Origin: Octopus vulgaris
Taxonomy: Eukaryota
Direction of reading: 5' to 3'
Assembly (NCBI GenBank): GCA_951406725.2
Contig: OX597816.1
Coordinates: 54,374,001-54,438,000, forward strand
Length of the DNA stretch: 64,000 nucleotides
This document shows positions 1-16,244 of this stretch, in pieces. The notes under the pieces are model-generated. The model had not been told where the DNA came from. It made no database searches and worked only from the letters and a program-made list of their open reading frames with translations. Made by a program: the position numbers and the translations under genes. Positions within the stretch are counted from its first letter, which is position 1; every line of letters starts with the position of its first letter.

Positions 1-1614
1 CAAATAGAGAGAGAGAGAGGAACGCAAACAGTGAAAGCTACATTGCATTTTCGAAACTGCCTGCCCTTCGAGCGTATTTTTAACGGGATGAGAAATGAGG
101 TCACAACGTTTTCAATAATGAAAGTAATGCCATATCTTTATTGCAACTGCATTTCCCTAAGGTCTTCTCTTAAACAAATTAAACTTGTTACAGTTTTCAA
201 AGAATCTGACCCCTTTTCAATGTAATGAATAACTGTTTTTAATTGTTTTACGGCATGTAGTACATGTCTTGCATAACTTGACGACTCGTCATTTTTAAAC
301 ACACACGTTCATACACACACACTCACGCCCACCCACACATACTCACTCCCACACACACACTTACTCACACACACACACACACTCTCTCTCAAACACACAC
401 ACACTCTCTCTCTCTCAAACACACACACACACACCAAAGACTACTGTCAAAATATGGCTGACAATATTTATCTGCCGTATTATCACAGGTGTTTGTTTAT
501 GTTGTCCCTATTTGTGTAGCAACATTTTTCTGACCGTATTGCAGTCTGTTCGTCAGAACTGAAGCCCCAAAATCCCTTTATATTTACTTTTTCTTTATGT
601 TTCTGGAAAATTTATTGCTAAATTAATTAACGCTTCAACTCTTGTGTCGAACGCAAGGGGTGTAATTAGTTACATTTGAATTGAAAGGAGAGAAGGGAAT
701 CTGAAATTTAATCGAAATCGTTAAAGGAAATATTGAAAGTTACAACAAAAACCTGATAATATAAAATGAACAAATGACTAAATACTTTTGGAAATAAACT
801 AAATCATCCAATTTCTGGGGTTTTCTGGAGATCTATACTGAGCAGGGCTCTACTATGTGCGATTACCATACTGAGAGTTAAAAATATGTCTTGGTCTGAA
901 TTTTGATTTCTACGTCCATGATGAATAAACAGTTTGTGTGAAGTCAACAAGAAAAGTAAATACATCATCGTATTACACGATCTCTGATCAAACATCACAC
1001 CTTAACGGTTATTTTAACCACATCTTACATTTTCAATAGTTTGTAGCTTTTACCATGACCAGTTCTTTATTGATGTTTTCTCACGTATATTTGTAAGTGA
1101 ATTGAATTAATGTTCAAGAGCAGTGAGTTTCTCGGTGGATAATGGATGAAAAGAACCATTCCACAAAATACCAGACGAAGTGAACAACTTCACACAATAA
1201 TAGATAGAATTAGTAAATATTCATTTCTGTTTCTTTAATTGAATAGTTTTCTTCAAACGCTTAGACTCTTAGCTGCATAAAAGACAGAAGTTTGAATTTC
1301 TTTAGCGATAGTTTAACTTTTTCACACATACAATTGTTAATCATCGACAATGTTCCTAGCAAGATATAATTAGTAATTCCAAGACTGCTGATTAAAGTCT
1401 CAAGTAAATATAATTTTACTATCGGTCTCCAAACCTAGATTGTTTAAAGTAATATGCAGTCTGTATTTTGATGTTTCTGCCAGAATACTTTATACAACAA
1501 TTTGAACAATGAAACATAAATTAAATACTTAAATGTGCTAAATACTAAAACAAAAAATTGGGAAAAAACTCACCTAGACGCTACAAAAGTCTCTTATAAT
1601 ATATTGTGTATGAC

Positions 1615-1615
<1 letters not shown>

Positions 1616-1677
<62 letters not shown>

Positions 1678-1710
1678 TAACAATAATAATCTCATAAAAT
1701 ATAGTATATG

Positions 1711-1778
<68 letters not shown>

Positions 1779-1947
1779 AACAACAACAACTAAGAAGAAG
1801 AAGAAAAGAAGAAGAAGAAGAAAAAGAAGAAGAAGAAGAAGAAGAAGAAGAAGAAGAAGAAGAAGAAGAAGAAGAAGAAGAAGAAGAAGAAGAAGAAGAA
1901 GAAGAAGAAGAAGAAGAAGAAGAAGAAGAAGAAGAAGAAGAAGAAGA
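1616..1947. repeat. Compound trinucleotide microsatellite (TAA)n-(CTA)n-(AAG)n
   Basis: Directly visible arrays. They explain the poly-S/T/R/L ORFs. Confidence 0.97.
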
Positions 1948-1948
1948 A

Positions 1949-3780
<1,832 letters not shown>

Positions 3781-3811
3781 AACAATGATAAATATAATAA
3801 TAATAATAATA

Positions 3812-4024
3812 ATTCTTTCTACTGGAAGCACAAGGCCTCAAATTTGTGGAAAGCGATTAAGTCGATTACATCGACCCAGTGCCTAACTGGTACTTATTTA
3901 ATCGACCTCGAAAGGGTGAAAGGCAAAGTCAACCTCGGCGTAATTTGAACACAGAACGTAGAGGCAGATGAAATACCGCTAAGCATTTCGCCCGGCGTGC
4001 TAACGATTTTGCCAGCTCGCCATC
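3812..4024 (-). mobile_element. tRNA-derived SINE family A (tail type 1)
   Basis: Head GGCGAGCTGGC..GTTAGCAC..GTTCAAAT and core GACTTTGCCTTTCA.CCTTTCG..GTCGAT. Many copies in the window. Confidence 0.85.
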
Positions 4025-5760
4025 TTTAATAATAATAATAATACTTTCTACTATAGTAGCAATAATCATTTGTAAGACTACCGAAAACTTGTGGATACCT
4101 AAGGTTAAAGGCAGTAACGCGCGCCCCACATAAAGCCTACCAGGAATAAAACCAAACCTGAGCCAAACTAAGATAGTAATAGTAATAATAAGTGGCTGAT
4201 TCAGTGGCACAATCGTTTCAACCTATATATTTATCATTCCAGTTTCAGAGAAGACAACTCTTTGTTTATTGAATTTTCTCGCCTTTATTTCAGCGGCGGC
4301 AATTATCTCCCCCTCCCTATCGAAATGTAGTTGTCATTTTCGAAGGTAAAAGATTATTGTTCTTACTGAGATATACAACTTTTACAAAACGTCATGCAAT
4401 TATGTGTGAAATTTCAGCAATGAGATGAAATAGATTACATTTCGGGAGACACCAAAACACTTGAGATCAAACTAAAGTGCATGTGACCAGAAATTATATT
4501 GGCAGCATCAGAAGGTAAACAACTGGCGGTCAGCCAACTTATTGATGACTAATTTAGGCTAATATAGATCGTAATTTAGTTCTGATATTGATGGTGGTTA
4601 AAGCTCATAGTTCTATGTGACGAACGCACCTTCAGTGATCTTCCCCAAAATGTTACAAGTCGCTGTAACATCAAAATAATCTCTGATCAAAGTGAAAGAT
4701 TTATTGAAGACATTTCTTTTACCGGAACATAAGAAATTATGTTTCTTTTACCGGAACATTAAAACATCTTTAAAAGGGACTCAGACATAGGCATCTTAAA
4801 TCAACGGGGTCAGATGGAAGAATGGGATTAAGAATTGTATCGATATTCAGAAATTAAGGGTTAGGAAGCCCCCTTAGGTGAGTGTTGGAAAGCTGTAGAG
4901 CTTGGAGCGTAAATTATTTAGGTAAGAGAACCGTAAAACGGTCTTTTTTTTAGTTAGAATGAAGTAAGCTGATAGTTTTAAATTGGTGAAACTATTTCCT
5001 TTTACATGATCTAACAAGCAAGGATACGACCCACACCATGTACAGGTGTTACCAAACAGGTAACTACATCGATGCATGGTGCGGGACGGCATTCCATAAT
5101 ATTGTATTCCTGAGTTTCAATAGGGTGAAGTTTGGATGGGGACGTAGTAGGGGTGAGAGAAAAGAGTAGGAAGGATCAGGAGATCCTTTTGCAGGATCAG
5201 TTTCGTTTGCAATATAGTAGGAATCACAAGGATACGGAAGGAGGGCAGAGGAGGAGTCGAGAGGGAGAACGTAGCTAGCCAGTGTGGGACTTGAATATAG
5301 GCACCGCAGAGTGACAGGGAAAATAGGGGATCAAGGGCTCAAGTCAAAGCATATAACTTGTTAGTGTGGGATTTGGATTAAACACGCACACACACACACA
5401 CACACACACGTACACACACACACATACCACACGCACAGCAAATTTAAACTAAGGTGCGTGTATTGTATATAGAATGAAGATGTTTGAATGTGCAGACAAT
5501 TTTTGGTTGGTCAGGATTAAAAATGAGAGAATCTTATTGGTTGCTAGTCCACCTTTTAGATACAAACTAAGTGAATACAAAGAATGGTTGAGGAATTTAC
5601 GAGTAAAAGAAGAGGAGGAGAGAAAAGAAAAAGAATAGAAAAGGAAAAGAAGGAAAAGTAGGCACGAATCGGTGTAAATATGGATTTGCAAAAATTGTAA
5701 AATGAAAAACACACTCACAAGAACATATATATGTGTGTATGTGTGTGAGTGTGTATGTGT

Positions 5761-5798
<38 letters not shown>

Positions 5799-5821
5799 AG
5801 ATGTAATGCACGAGTTGATAT

Positions 5822-7876
5822 GTACGAGGAAAATAAGATGAAGTAGAAAATGCTAGAATAATTTTATCATGAAATACATTTTGTACTGGTTTCAGTCTTT
5901 TCGAACATTTTTCGACTAAGAGTAAAACAAAAGTGAATATTGATTAAAAAGAAAAACAAATTGAAGAAAAAATTAAATGAAGTGTTTTGTAAATATTTCC
6001 ATAGTCTTCAAATAGGTAGGACATTTTCATTCTTACTGTTTCTCTATCTCTCTCTTTTCCATTGTGAAGATTCGGTAGGTAGTAGCAGATCTGAAAAAAA
6101 TAGTGTTTATGGGTGCAGAATTCGCCTTTTGGAGGATGATCCAAGACAACAACAAAGCGGATATATACGAAAAATGGCTTAATCCGACACCGTTAATTCC
6201 CCGCCACAAACTCCGGATCAAAACCATTACAGATGAAACCAAGGCACAAAGATGTCTTCGGGAAAGAATGGCACTGGAAATAGAACTTCTAAAATTGAGT
6301 TCTCAGATGAACAACGATAAAGTAAAACCCATCGATGAAGAGATCAACAAAGAAATTAACAAAATGACTTAGATCTCAAAACTATGGAAAGGGATTTTTG
6401 ACAAAAAAGAACTGAAATCCCTCCAACGCTGGGAAAATAGGCGCCACTTGGTTTTTAAACTATGAAACTGTCTTTAAAACACAACACACTTCCAACAACC
6501 CTTTCCTAAAAATAAGAAATCAACCAAAACAAGACTCAAACACAGGTTCACACCCACCTAAAAATCAGAACCTTCTCCCCTGCTAAAAAAAAAAATACAA
6601 GACTAACTTCATAACAGGGGTACCCTTACAACAACAAACAAAGAAATAAGAAATCGCTACCCACAGCATAGATATTACAACCTTCCCCCATAAGGAGATA
6701 CCAACGTAATTTTTATTCCAGCAACCTACTTAACAACCATGCACAACAAACCCGTACCACACGAAATAATTACCAACGACGGCTCTCTAAAGCGCCACAT
6801 CCCAGCATGGAATATAGGGACACACCTCTGAATCCCCATCCAAAACCCACGCCATAATCATGACAACTGGGCACTACACAACGACTGAGGACACCTAATA
6901 ACAGAGACTGTTCCAACTATTTCAATCATTCTTTAGAGCCAGTACTCAGACCCAGGGGATACGAGATAGCACCAGTCATACAGGAGAAACCAAAAGTGAT
7001 GAATGTAATCAATCTGACTCGCAAAGAACTAACACAAGACCATATCATCATACTCTTCAAAGGGTTCAAATTTACACCCCCACCCACGTTCCAATGACAA
7101 CAAAATGAAAGAGGACGTTGCAGAATTTTCGATAAACATTAATTGTTGAAATGCTGGCAGAAAACCAACGAGATCCGATGACACTACTATTAGGAGCTTG
7201 GAACACCACCCACGCATATATTAAAAACGATAGATACATTAAGAACAGTTGCTACCCATGAATTTATTTAGAACAGTTCCTACCACTACTACTGAACCAC
7301 AACAGGTCATTTGACCATTAAAGTAGAATCCACGGACAGCCTCTACTATTGGGTCATACTACTCCCATCTTCTTCTTGTTCTTGTTCTTGTTCTTGTTCT
7401 TGTTCTTCTTTGTCTTCTTCTTCTTTTTCTTCTTCTTCTTCTTCTTCTTCTTCTTCTTCTTCTTCTTCTTCTTCTTCTTCTTCTCCTTCCGCTTCTCCTT
7501 CCTCTCCTCCTCCTTCACCTTCTTCCTCGGCTGCTACTGCTTAAACCATCAAACTTCAGAACCAAATATTTCTCTGCACCCATAAACACTATTTTTTTCA
7601 GATCTGCTACTGCCTATCGAACCTTCACAAAGGAAAAGGAAGAGAGAGAGAAACAGAAAAAAGAAAAATGCCCTACCTATTTGAAGACTATGGAAATATT
7701 TACAAAACATTCAACTTAATTTTTTCTTCAATTTAATTGTTTTTCTTCTTAATTAATATCACCTTTGTTTCACTCTTAGTTGAGAAAGTCGAAAAGACTA
7801 AAACCAATACTAACTGGTACAAAGTATATTTAATGATGAAACTATTTTAGCCTTTTCTATCTTGTCTTATTTTCGT

Positions 7877-7880
<4 letters not shown>
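5822..7880 (+). mobile_element. Penelope-like element remnant bounded by ~300-bp inverted repeats (5822-6120 / 7572-7880)
   Basis: The two ends are reverse complements. The internal decayed ORF has the PLE N-terminal motif VINLTRKELTQ...KGFKFTP near 7000-7080. Confidence 0.7.
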
Positions 7881-7943
<63 letters not shown>

Positions 7944-7948
7944 GTATG

Positions 7949-8000
<52 letters not shown>

Positions 8001-8043
8001 TATATATTTTCATATTTATATATGTATATGTGTGTGTGTACAA

Positions 8044-8074
<31 letters not shown>

Positions 8075-8123
8075 CACACACACACATATACATATATATA
8101 TACATATATATCTGTCTATGCGC

Positions 8124-8209
<86 letters not shown>

Positions 8210-8250
8210 CCACGCATATATACCTATGTATGGTTACATATATATGCGAA
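7876..8250. repeat. (TA)n-rich microsatellite block
   Basis: Directly visible. Similar blocks at about 9020-9140, 9628-9780, 15750-16245, 28843-29170, 34075-34134 and 60980-61075. Confidence 0.95.
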
Positions 8251-9035
8251 TAGTTTCAAATTAATTACAATAGTAATTAGTAGCCAATTGAATACAATAA
8301 TATAGAGTAAAGTTATAATACCAAGTGTTGGTATTCTGAAAAAACTAAACGAAACCAGTTAAGTAATAGAATATAGACTTTGCTCTCATTAAGTAACTTT
8401 ATTTTGTTTTCATATTGTGTATTTAATTGGTAGTCTCTGACTTTCTCGATCAGGAAATAGGAAGTTTAACATTAAAGTGTATTATTGTTTTTCTGTTGTT
8501 GTTGTCCGCTCTTGCACAAACTACACTCCATGTCTTTTATTTTTTCCCTTGCGTCAAAATGGCGCAGCCTTCAGCCCTTATCACTCAATAGCTGCCTGCA
8601 ATAGCATATATTGACTTCTATAAAAACTTCGCTCACATAATTCTTATCTTCCAAACAAAGAGAACTCAATGAAACTGCAACAACTTTTTCTAATTCTATT
8701 GTCTAATAATATATGGTACGGCAACTGCGAGGCGCTTTTTCATTATGTTATAATAATTACTTTGGCTAGAATTCGGCATCAAGCCATTGCTATCTAATTG
8801 AACACCTACCCTGTCTACATCAATACATGAAACATCATCATAACTTTTTACTCACTTCATTAACTAATTGATGGTTATTTTTGAACGTTAGGCAAGTTTC
8901 TCATTAACGCAATTAATCTTTGCCACTTCATCACCATTAAATAATATAACCGTTTTTTTTTTGTCCTTCCGTTCAAAACTTAACAGGATCATAATATCTC
9001 ACTCACACATATGCATATGCACATACATACATACA

Positions 9036-9096
<61 letters not shown>

Positions 9097-9625
9097 GCAT
9101 GTATGTATGTATGTATGTATATATATATATATATATGCATACACACAATTACACGTATAGCTACTTATAAAATGTGTACACACATATATTTATATGTGTG
9201 TATGTGTATAAATGTATATGCACATACACACACACAAACACACTCACAATATATAAATTAGGAAGTTATATATTATATATGCATACATACAACCGAACAA
9301 ACACAAGAATACGCGCGCGCGACCGTGCACACACATACACACACACACACAATTATATAGTTAGGAATATAATGCAAGCTGTATATTCTTGAAGCGAATT
9401 TCATTATTCCAGTATTCCAAAGTCGCCTGTAGACGCTGTATGAAGTATGCACAAGAATTGAAAAATACCGGAAATTATTTGATTCTCTGTCTGAAGAATT
9501 TCGAATAGGAGATATCTCACATATTTCTCCTACGTGTACGATTTTGTAGCTCCTATTAGCAAACAAAACACGTGTAATGGTGAATGAAGTACGGCAAACG
9601 ACAAACAAGGTTTGCAATGTTCTGT

Positions 9626-9687
<62 letters not shown>

Positions 9688-9737
9688 ATATATATATATA
9701 TATGTATATATATATAAAAGAGTAAAAGAGTAAAAGA

Positions 9738-9786
<49 letters not shown>

Positions 9787-9829
9787 TAATAAATAAAACA
9801 TATGCATATATATATACATATATGTACGT

Positions 9830-10240
9830 ACCTACCTCTACATGTATATATACACGCATATATGAGTACAGGACACCAAAAAACGTCGAACACAATGAGA
9901 AACGAAAACATAGACACAAAACCAAGGAACTGGACTTTTTTCTTAAACAACAAAAAAATAGAGTACAGGACAAATAACACAAGGAAAAAAACCCCTTCTT
10001 CAGTCGCCATGGTTTCATCTACTCTGCGTTCGAAGGTGAAGGCGAGACGCATCTTCGATAGAAACATTCCTTCCTGCGAAAAGCAAATCAAATAAAATTG
10101 AGATCTTTTTGCAGAGGGGTAAAAATGGTAACAAAAACAGGACAGTAACGGCAGTACAAAATATAAGCAGTAAAAGACAGGACAAGGAAAATAACAAGAC
10201 AAGAAGGGCTGTTAAGCCGAACGAAAAAAAGTATTATGTA
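9830..10240 (-). repeat. Probable non-coding interspersed repeat (possible PLE pseudo-LTR fragment)
   Basis: Strand-biased A-rich segment between TA/TATG microsatellites with a partial hammerhead-like motif on the minus strand. Single copy here. Confidence 0.3.
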
Positions 10241-10671
10241 TGCATGTATGTATGTAAGGAAGGCAGCTATACGCAATATAAATCCAAAATGGAAAAATTC
10301 AGTTGTCACTAATTGTGACTGGGTTTGCAGGGTAGCATCTACATTGCTGGAAATGAAAGTGAAGAACTCTTAGAGCTTCCAAAAAGCACATGTTTATGCA
10401 CTGACATGTATGTGTGTATGTATCTTTGTATATATGTACGTACGTACATACGTATATATGTGTGTATATGTGTGTATGTGTGTGTATGGATATATTTTTG
10501 TGAATTCATTTCTTTCATTAAAAATGGAGTATTCTATAAATTTGATTATTTGACATTGTCAATTGCTATGAATGCAGGAACGGGGAATTGAGGTCTTTAT
10601 AACTTTTACATGTTCTTATTTCAGAATTCAGAATTTTACCTTGCAGCTTTCATAGTTTATGTGTACAGCGT

Positions 10672-10900
10672 GTCGGCACGTGGCTTAGTGGTTGGAGTGC
10701 TGGACTCCTGATCGTAAGATTGTATTTTTCGTATCGGAGACCGGGCGATGTGTTGTATTTTTACGTTGCCCCAGTCCACTCAGCTGTCTAAAAGGACTAA
10801 TCCTACGACGGACAGGCGTCCTGTCCAGCGGGATGAATATATGCGCCACAGAAACCAGGCAAACTGATCATTATGAGATTCTATGATTCGAAAAGGATCT
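10672..10900 (+). mobile_element. Degenerate tRNA-derived SINE
   Basis: A-box-like TGGCTTAGTGG, decayed B box, and CCAGTCCACTCAGCTG similar to 30470-30490. Confidence 0.55.
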
Positions 10901-11721
10901 TCATTTCTTATCCTTTATGTGCATAGTTACACAAAAATTATGATCCAAATCGGTAGGAAAAGAGATTCCATTTTCTGCTTTCTTCCTTCCGTTGGTCAGT
11001 AAAGCGTGCTGTTCACACTTTAATAAACTTATATTTCTCTGTTTCCTGTATCTGAATGTATCTAAACATCTATATGTTTGTGGAATTGTGGATTGGCATT
11101 TCGCCTGTATGTTGGCAAATTTAAACCGCCGCTTTTCCTCTTACATACCTTCAAAACTACATCGGTAGGTGTCTGTCTCATAAAAGAATAATTAAAGAAC
11201 ATAGACCATTAACAAGTTAAATGCTTGATGCCTTTTCTGGAGACAAAAAAACCCCCATATATTTCGCTGACTTGGTTTCTTGTTTTAAGCTTATACTTTT
11301 CTTTCTTTTTCTTCATACATATTTACCGGCTAGCTTCAATCGTGGTTTATTTCATATTTATCTATTATTGTTTATTTTTCTTTCTTTGTCTTGAGATATT
11401 TTAATGTTTTCATGGAAACACACCTGCTTGATATAAATTCGGGTTAATACAAATCGTTTGTAGCAACTGAATTTTGCATGCAATTCGGATGAGTCAACAT
11501 TCGATTGTATCAATATAAATGATGCAGCTTAAGTCTATAGTTGCATATGTTAAGTAACAATATGGCAATAGTCTTGAGTTCGAAATCCGATGAAACGAAT
11601 CTACATTTAGATAATAAAACAACTTACAGCAATCTCCTTATAAATTTTATTTATCTGTCTGTATGTCTGTCTATTTATATGTGTGTGCGTGCGTGCGTGC
11701 GCGGGTGTGTTTGTGCGCTCA

Positions 11722-11752
<31 letters not shown>

Positions 11753-12459
11753 ATGAATATAGTTTTCGGGAACCCAACAATATAGAAGGTAAACGAAAAC
11801 ACCAAACTGAAAAAAGCAACAAAAATCAAAAAGAAACTGCTGCTTACAATACCATACCCAGGCTGGCAACCTTCAGCGAGACCTATGCGCCTTGGGGCTA
11901 CAGATTTTTCCTTTCCAACATGTCACAGATACAGCAGTATAAGAGTTTCAAATAAAGAGCTCTTGGATGTCACTTGGGGTTGGTGTCACATGGTCATACA
12001 GTTCTCCTGAGTCTGTCCAGACATAAACGCCTGTCTCCTCGTCACATCAGAATCCGTAGCTGTTGTCCTCATGTATAACAGTGTGAAAATGGACTCCACT
12101 GTCTTAAACCTGCTGGGTATTTCGTTGATCATGTAATAAACCTTCTGGACCACTTTAGCTGTCTTGACCATCGCTATCAACTGAACATGTTTGTTTTTTC
12201 TCGGCACTAAGGTAATCTTAGTAGCTTCTATGTTGAAGTGAAGGCAGCATGTTCTTTGTCTATCTCATTAATTTCTTGGAGATTTAGGTATAATTATACT
12301 AATGTGTCCATCTGTTTTAATTTAATTAAATTCTATGTCTTTGTGCAGCTGAGGATTGCTCTGCATTTTAAATTGATGTAATGATTGCATTGTTCAATTA
12401 ATTGGAGTTGCATGAAACGATCGTATTGCATTACCTCTGGATATCATTGTTGCTTATTT

Positions 12460-12502
<43 letters not shown>

Positions 12503-13913
12503 TTGTCTATATATGATGTGTCCTTGGACATATGGTGTACTATCATAACGTATATAGAAACGTAATATATGCACCAATTGTGCGTTGCCACAAAGACACC
12601 GTATTTTAATATTTGTGATGGAAAACGGTTCCAACTGAGAATCGAAACAGTGTTTCAATTCCGAAAGCGAAATCAAGTTTCTTACAACAGAAATATCTTT
12701 TGTGTTGTTAATTATTGCGTGAGAAAGCAGGGCCATTGTTAAGCAACTATTGTAGTCCTGTGGAATGTAGTTCCTTCTAATAACCGGAGTTCAAATTTGG
12801 AAGTATGGAGGACCTTGATGGAGAAACTATTACAAGAGTCAGGAATAATGTTGGCATCTTTGACCTTTTCTTCTTCCTGATAATCTGATCAATTTGAACC
12901 AGTCAGTTCTCAGCTTTAACCTCATTACTTCATTATGGCTCATATTTACATCCGTAGATCAAAGTGACATGATTAGAGATTGCAGGGAAGTAGGTGTGGC
13001 TGGAACAGTCTATTTAAATATGGCAGTGATAAAAGCTCATACAAACTATAAGCCACATCAGAAAGATTTCTATGCTTGTTGTTGTTGTTGTTGTTGTTGC
13101 TGTTGTTGTTAGCATTATTGAACTACATTTAATCATGTTAAGCAATGTTAATTCCAATGACTTAGAATGTATTTATATCTATAATTTGTTCTAGAAACTT
13201 TATTGCGAGTCAGCAGAACGTAATCTGCGCAAGAAAATGTTCGGTTTCGTTTTCAAACTGATTCTCAAAGCTCTATTATCAGAATCAGATAACTAATAGA
13301 TATTCCATGAAGAAATCACGGAACGTTTATCGCACCAATACTTATAATGAGATAGAACTTCCAGTGCCAGAGAATTTTCTTTTAGTGTTCTAAACATATG
13401 TTGCTATGACAATTGATAGAGAGAACAGAGAAGAATCAATTGAAATCTACGTGTGTGTGTGTGTATGTGTATGTGTGTGTGTGTGTGCGTGCTTGTATTT
13501 AGGTAACGATTGTGTTAAGGAATATATGACAATTGCTCGCTTAGCCTTGGCCATTATTCCACTTTGAAGCTGACGCTTCCCGACAAAAGGCAGCAGCCAT
13601 TCTATTCAAAATATTGTCTCGTTTTCACAATCATCATAAACAGCAACGGGATTCCAAACATTATAATTACTTGTATTTCTAGGTGTCCACAAACTATAGT
13701 GAATCTATTTACTGGGTGCAGTAGTTTTGTTGCCTTAAATAATGGAAATTAATTTGGTACTGTGAGTTTTTTGGCCACTCACTGCTTTAAAAGTTCTGTT
13801 CTAGTGTGACAAAGCCCTTTCTATATAGAGTTACTGATAAAAGTTTCAACACTTAAAACTTAGCATATACCAATCCAAATCCAGCAATAACTAAAAGAAT
13901 AAAACAAATAAAG

Positions 13914-14830
13914 GGCGCAGGAGTGGCTGTGTGGTAAGTAGCTTGTTTACCAACTGGGTTCAGTCCCACTGTGTGGCACCTTGGGCAAGTGTCTTCTACT
14001 ATAGCCTCGGGCCGACCAAAGCCTTGTGAGTGGATTTGGTACACGGAAACTGAAAGAAACCCGTCGTATATATCTATATATATAAAACTGTAGTTGTATG
14101 AGTGTCTGTCCCCTTCGATTTAGATTCCTAACTCCTCCCACATTTTGCGGTGCAGTTTAACCAAATTCGGGTATCTTATAGTCGTGATTAATATCGAGCC
14201 CGCCTGCCTATTAGCGCGCGTCTACGATGAGTCTACGATTTTAAAAATAATTTAACATAATTTTTTATTCCATTTTAATGCATAATTTTTCGTGTGTTGA
14301 TGGCGGCGGAGTTGGCGTCCAAGCTCAAACACCTGCACCTGTGTTTGCTTCCCCCCTTCTTCCCTCCCTCGTGAAGCTGTGGGGAAGGGAGTGTAAGGAA
14401 ATCAACGTCGTAATGCGTTGTCAAGGAGACCAGCGTTCTTTTAGAACAACGACTTCATGGCTTGAAGACACCAAAACAGAAATGGCTAAGAAAGCCCGAA
14501 TTGGCATCTATAAGGGAAGTAACTCTCTAAAATGCTTATATAGTTATTTCCCTTACAAACCCGAGCAACGCCGAGCGATACTGCTATTGTATATATATAT
14601 ATATATGTATGCGTGTATGTTTGTGTGTCTGTGTTTGTCGCCCTAGCATTGCTTGACAACCGATGCTGGTGTATTTATCTCCCCGTCACTTAGCGGTTCG
14701 GCAAAAGAGACCGATAGAATAAGTGCTGGGCTTACAAAGAATAAGTCCCGGGGTCGAGTTGCTCGACTAAAGGCGGTGCTCCAGCATGGCTGCAGTCAAA
14801 TGACTGAAACAAAGTAAAAGAGTAAAAGAA
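13914..14830 (+). mobile_element. tRNA-derived SINE family B (CORE-like, internal TA/TG microsatellite), interrupted by an insertion
   Basis: Both halves match the intact copy at 60834-61309. CCTTGGGCAAGT CORE-like motif and (GTAAAAGA) tail. Confidence 0.85.
14115..14589 (+). mobile_element. Non-autonomous Helitron-like insert within SINE B
   Basis: The 3' end CCCGAGCAACGCCGAGC-GATACTG-CTAT resembles the Helitron subterminal GC hairpin plus CTRR terminus. The segment is absent from other SINE B copies. Confidence 0.55.
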
Positions 14831-15744
14831 TATTAGCTAAATGAGGACAGCATTATCATTTGCCTAACATCATTAGCGTCACATCAAAGCCCTTCTAAAA
14901 TACGGAAGGTTTTTCTGTCGCAGCCATTACAAAGACATCGATTAATTGATTAACTTATTATTATAATGATTACAATTGCCGTACAACTAAGAGGAAACAA
15001 TGTCAGAGTCGTTTGGGATCAGAATCCCTTGTGAATTGATTTCTGCTCAGTGATAAAACACTTCATAAAAGTCAGCATATTTTGGTAGATATTACGCGCC
15101 AGATCTCTCCATATCTGTCCACATCGATCTACATCTGTCAATGTCTGTTACATTTAACATTAGAAATGATATTTAAATGTTACAAAGATTCATTATAATT
15201 AACAAAAACATGCAAACTGTTATATTTATAATTTTTGGTGATTCATTGAAATTTCAGATTAATTAATTAGCAATTTGATTAATTTATAATCTTATCCATT
15301 ACCGAAATATACAATGAATAAATTTCAGTTGAGTGTTCAAACATAATTGCAATCTGTTTTACAACATTTCTATTCTCTTAGCTTTGCCGTTCATTTCTTG
15401 ATTGTGGTCCATTAGAGCTTCCGTAATATTTCGGGGATCTAGCAAGCTTTCCTCCATTCGTTCGTCAGATCACTTGCTCTGTCTTTTCTTTTAATTCCGC
15501 CTACAAACACTCCGCATCTCTCCACTTCTCTCTTTGTTTCCCTCGCTATTTCTGTGTGTCTGTCCCTATTTCCCTCCCTCCGTCCTTTTCTGTCTTCCTC
15601 TCTATCAGACTGACTCTCTCTCTCTTTCTCTTCCTCACTCTTTTTCTCTTCCTCACTCTCTTTCTCTTTTTCACTCTCTTTCTCCCTCTCTCATTTTGCA
15701 TTACAATCCCCTACTAAACGTTATAGTTTATCTCTGCCGCTCTG

Positions 15745-15799
<55 letters not shown>

Positions 15800-15812
15800 A
15801 CAACGGAAAGAG

Positions 15813-15882
<70 letters not shown>

Positions 15883-16031
15883 ACACACACACACACATAC
15901 ATACATACATACATACATACATACATACATACATACATACATAGACGCATACACTCACATACAAACATACACACATTTACAAAGGAAGAGAAGAAAACGA
16001 GAGAGAATGAGTGAGAAACACGCATACATAC

Positions 16032-16150
<119 letters not shown>

Positions 16151-16212
16151 CATACATACATGAATACAAACATATATACATACATATACACATACATACA
16201 TACATACATACA

Positions 16213-16244
<32 letters not shown>

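Noticed and set aside
4790-5360. Purine-rich segment resembling a retroelement remnant
   Set aside because: I could not identify diagnostic motifs in any frame.
7847-8305. Long YIYI/HTHT/CVCV ORFs here and throughout the window
   Set aside because: These are translations of TA, CA and TACA microsatellites that lack stop codons. They are not genes.
9985-10045. Possible permuted (type II) hammerhead on the minus strand
   Set aside because: GAAA is incomplete and stem I does not pair in this copy.
11830-13070. Weak LINE ORF1-like (11986-12207) and CR1 RT-like (12894-13070) remnants
   Set aside because: Similarity is too faint to call by eye.
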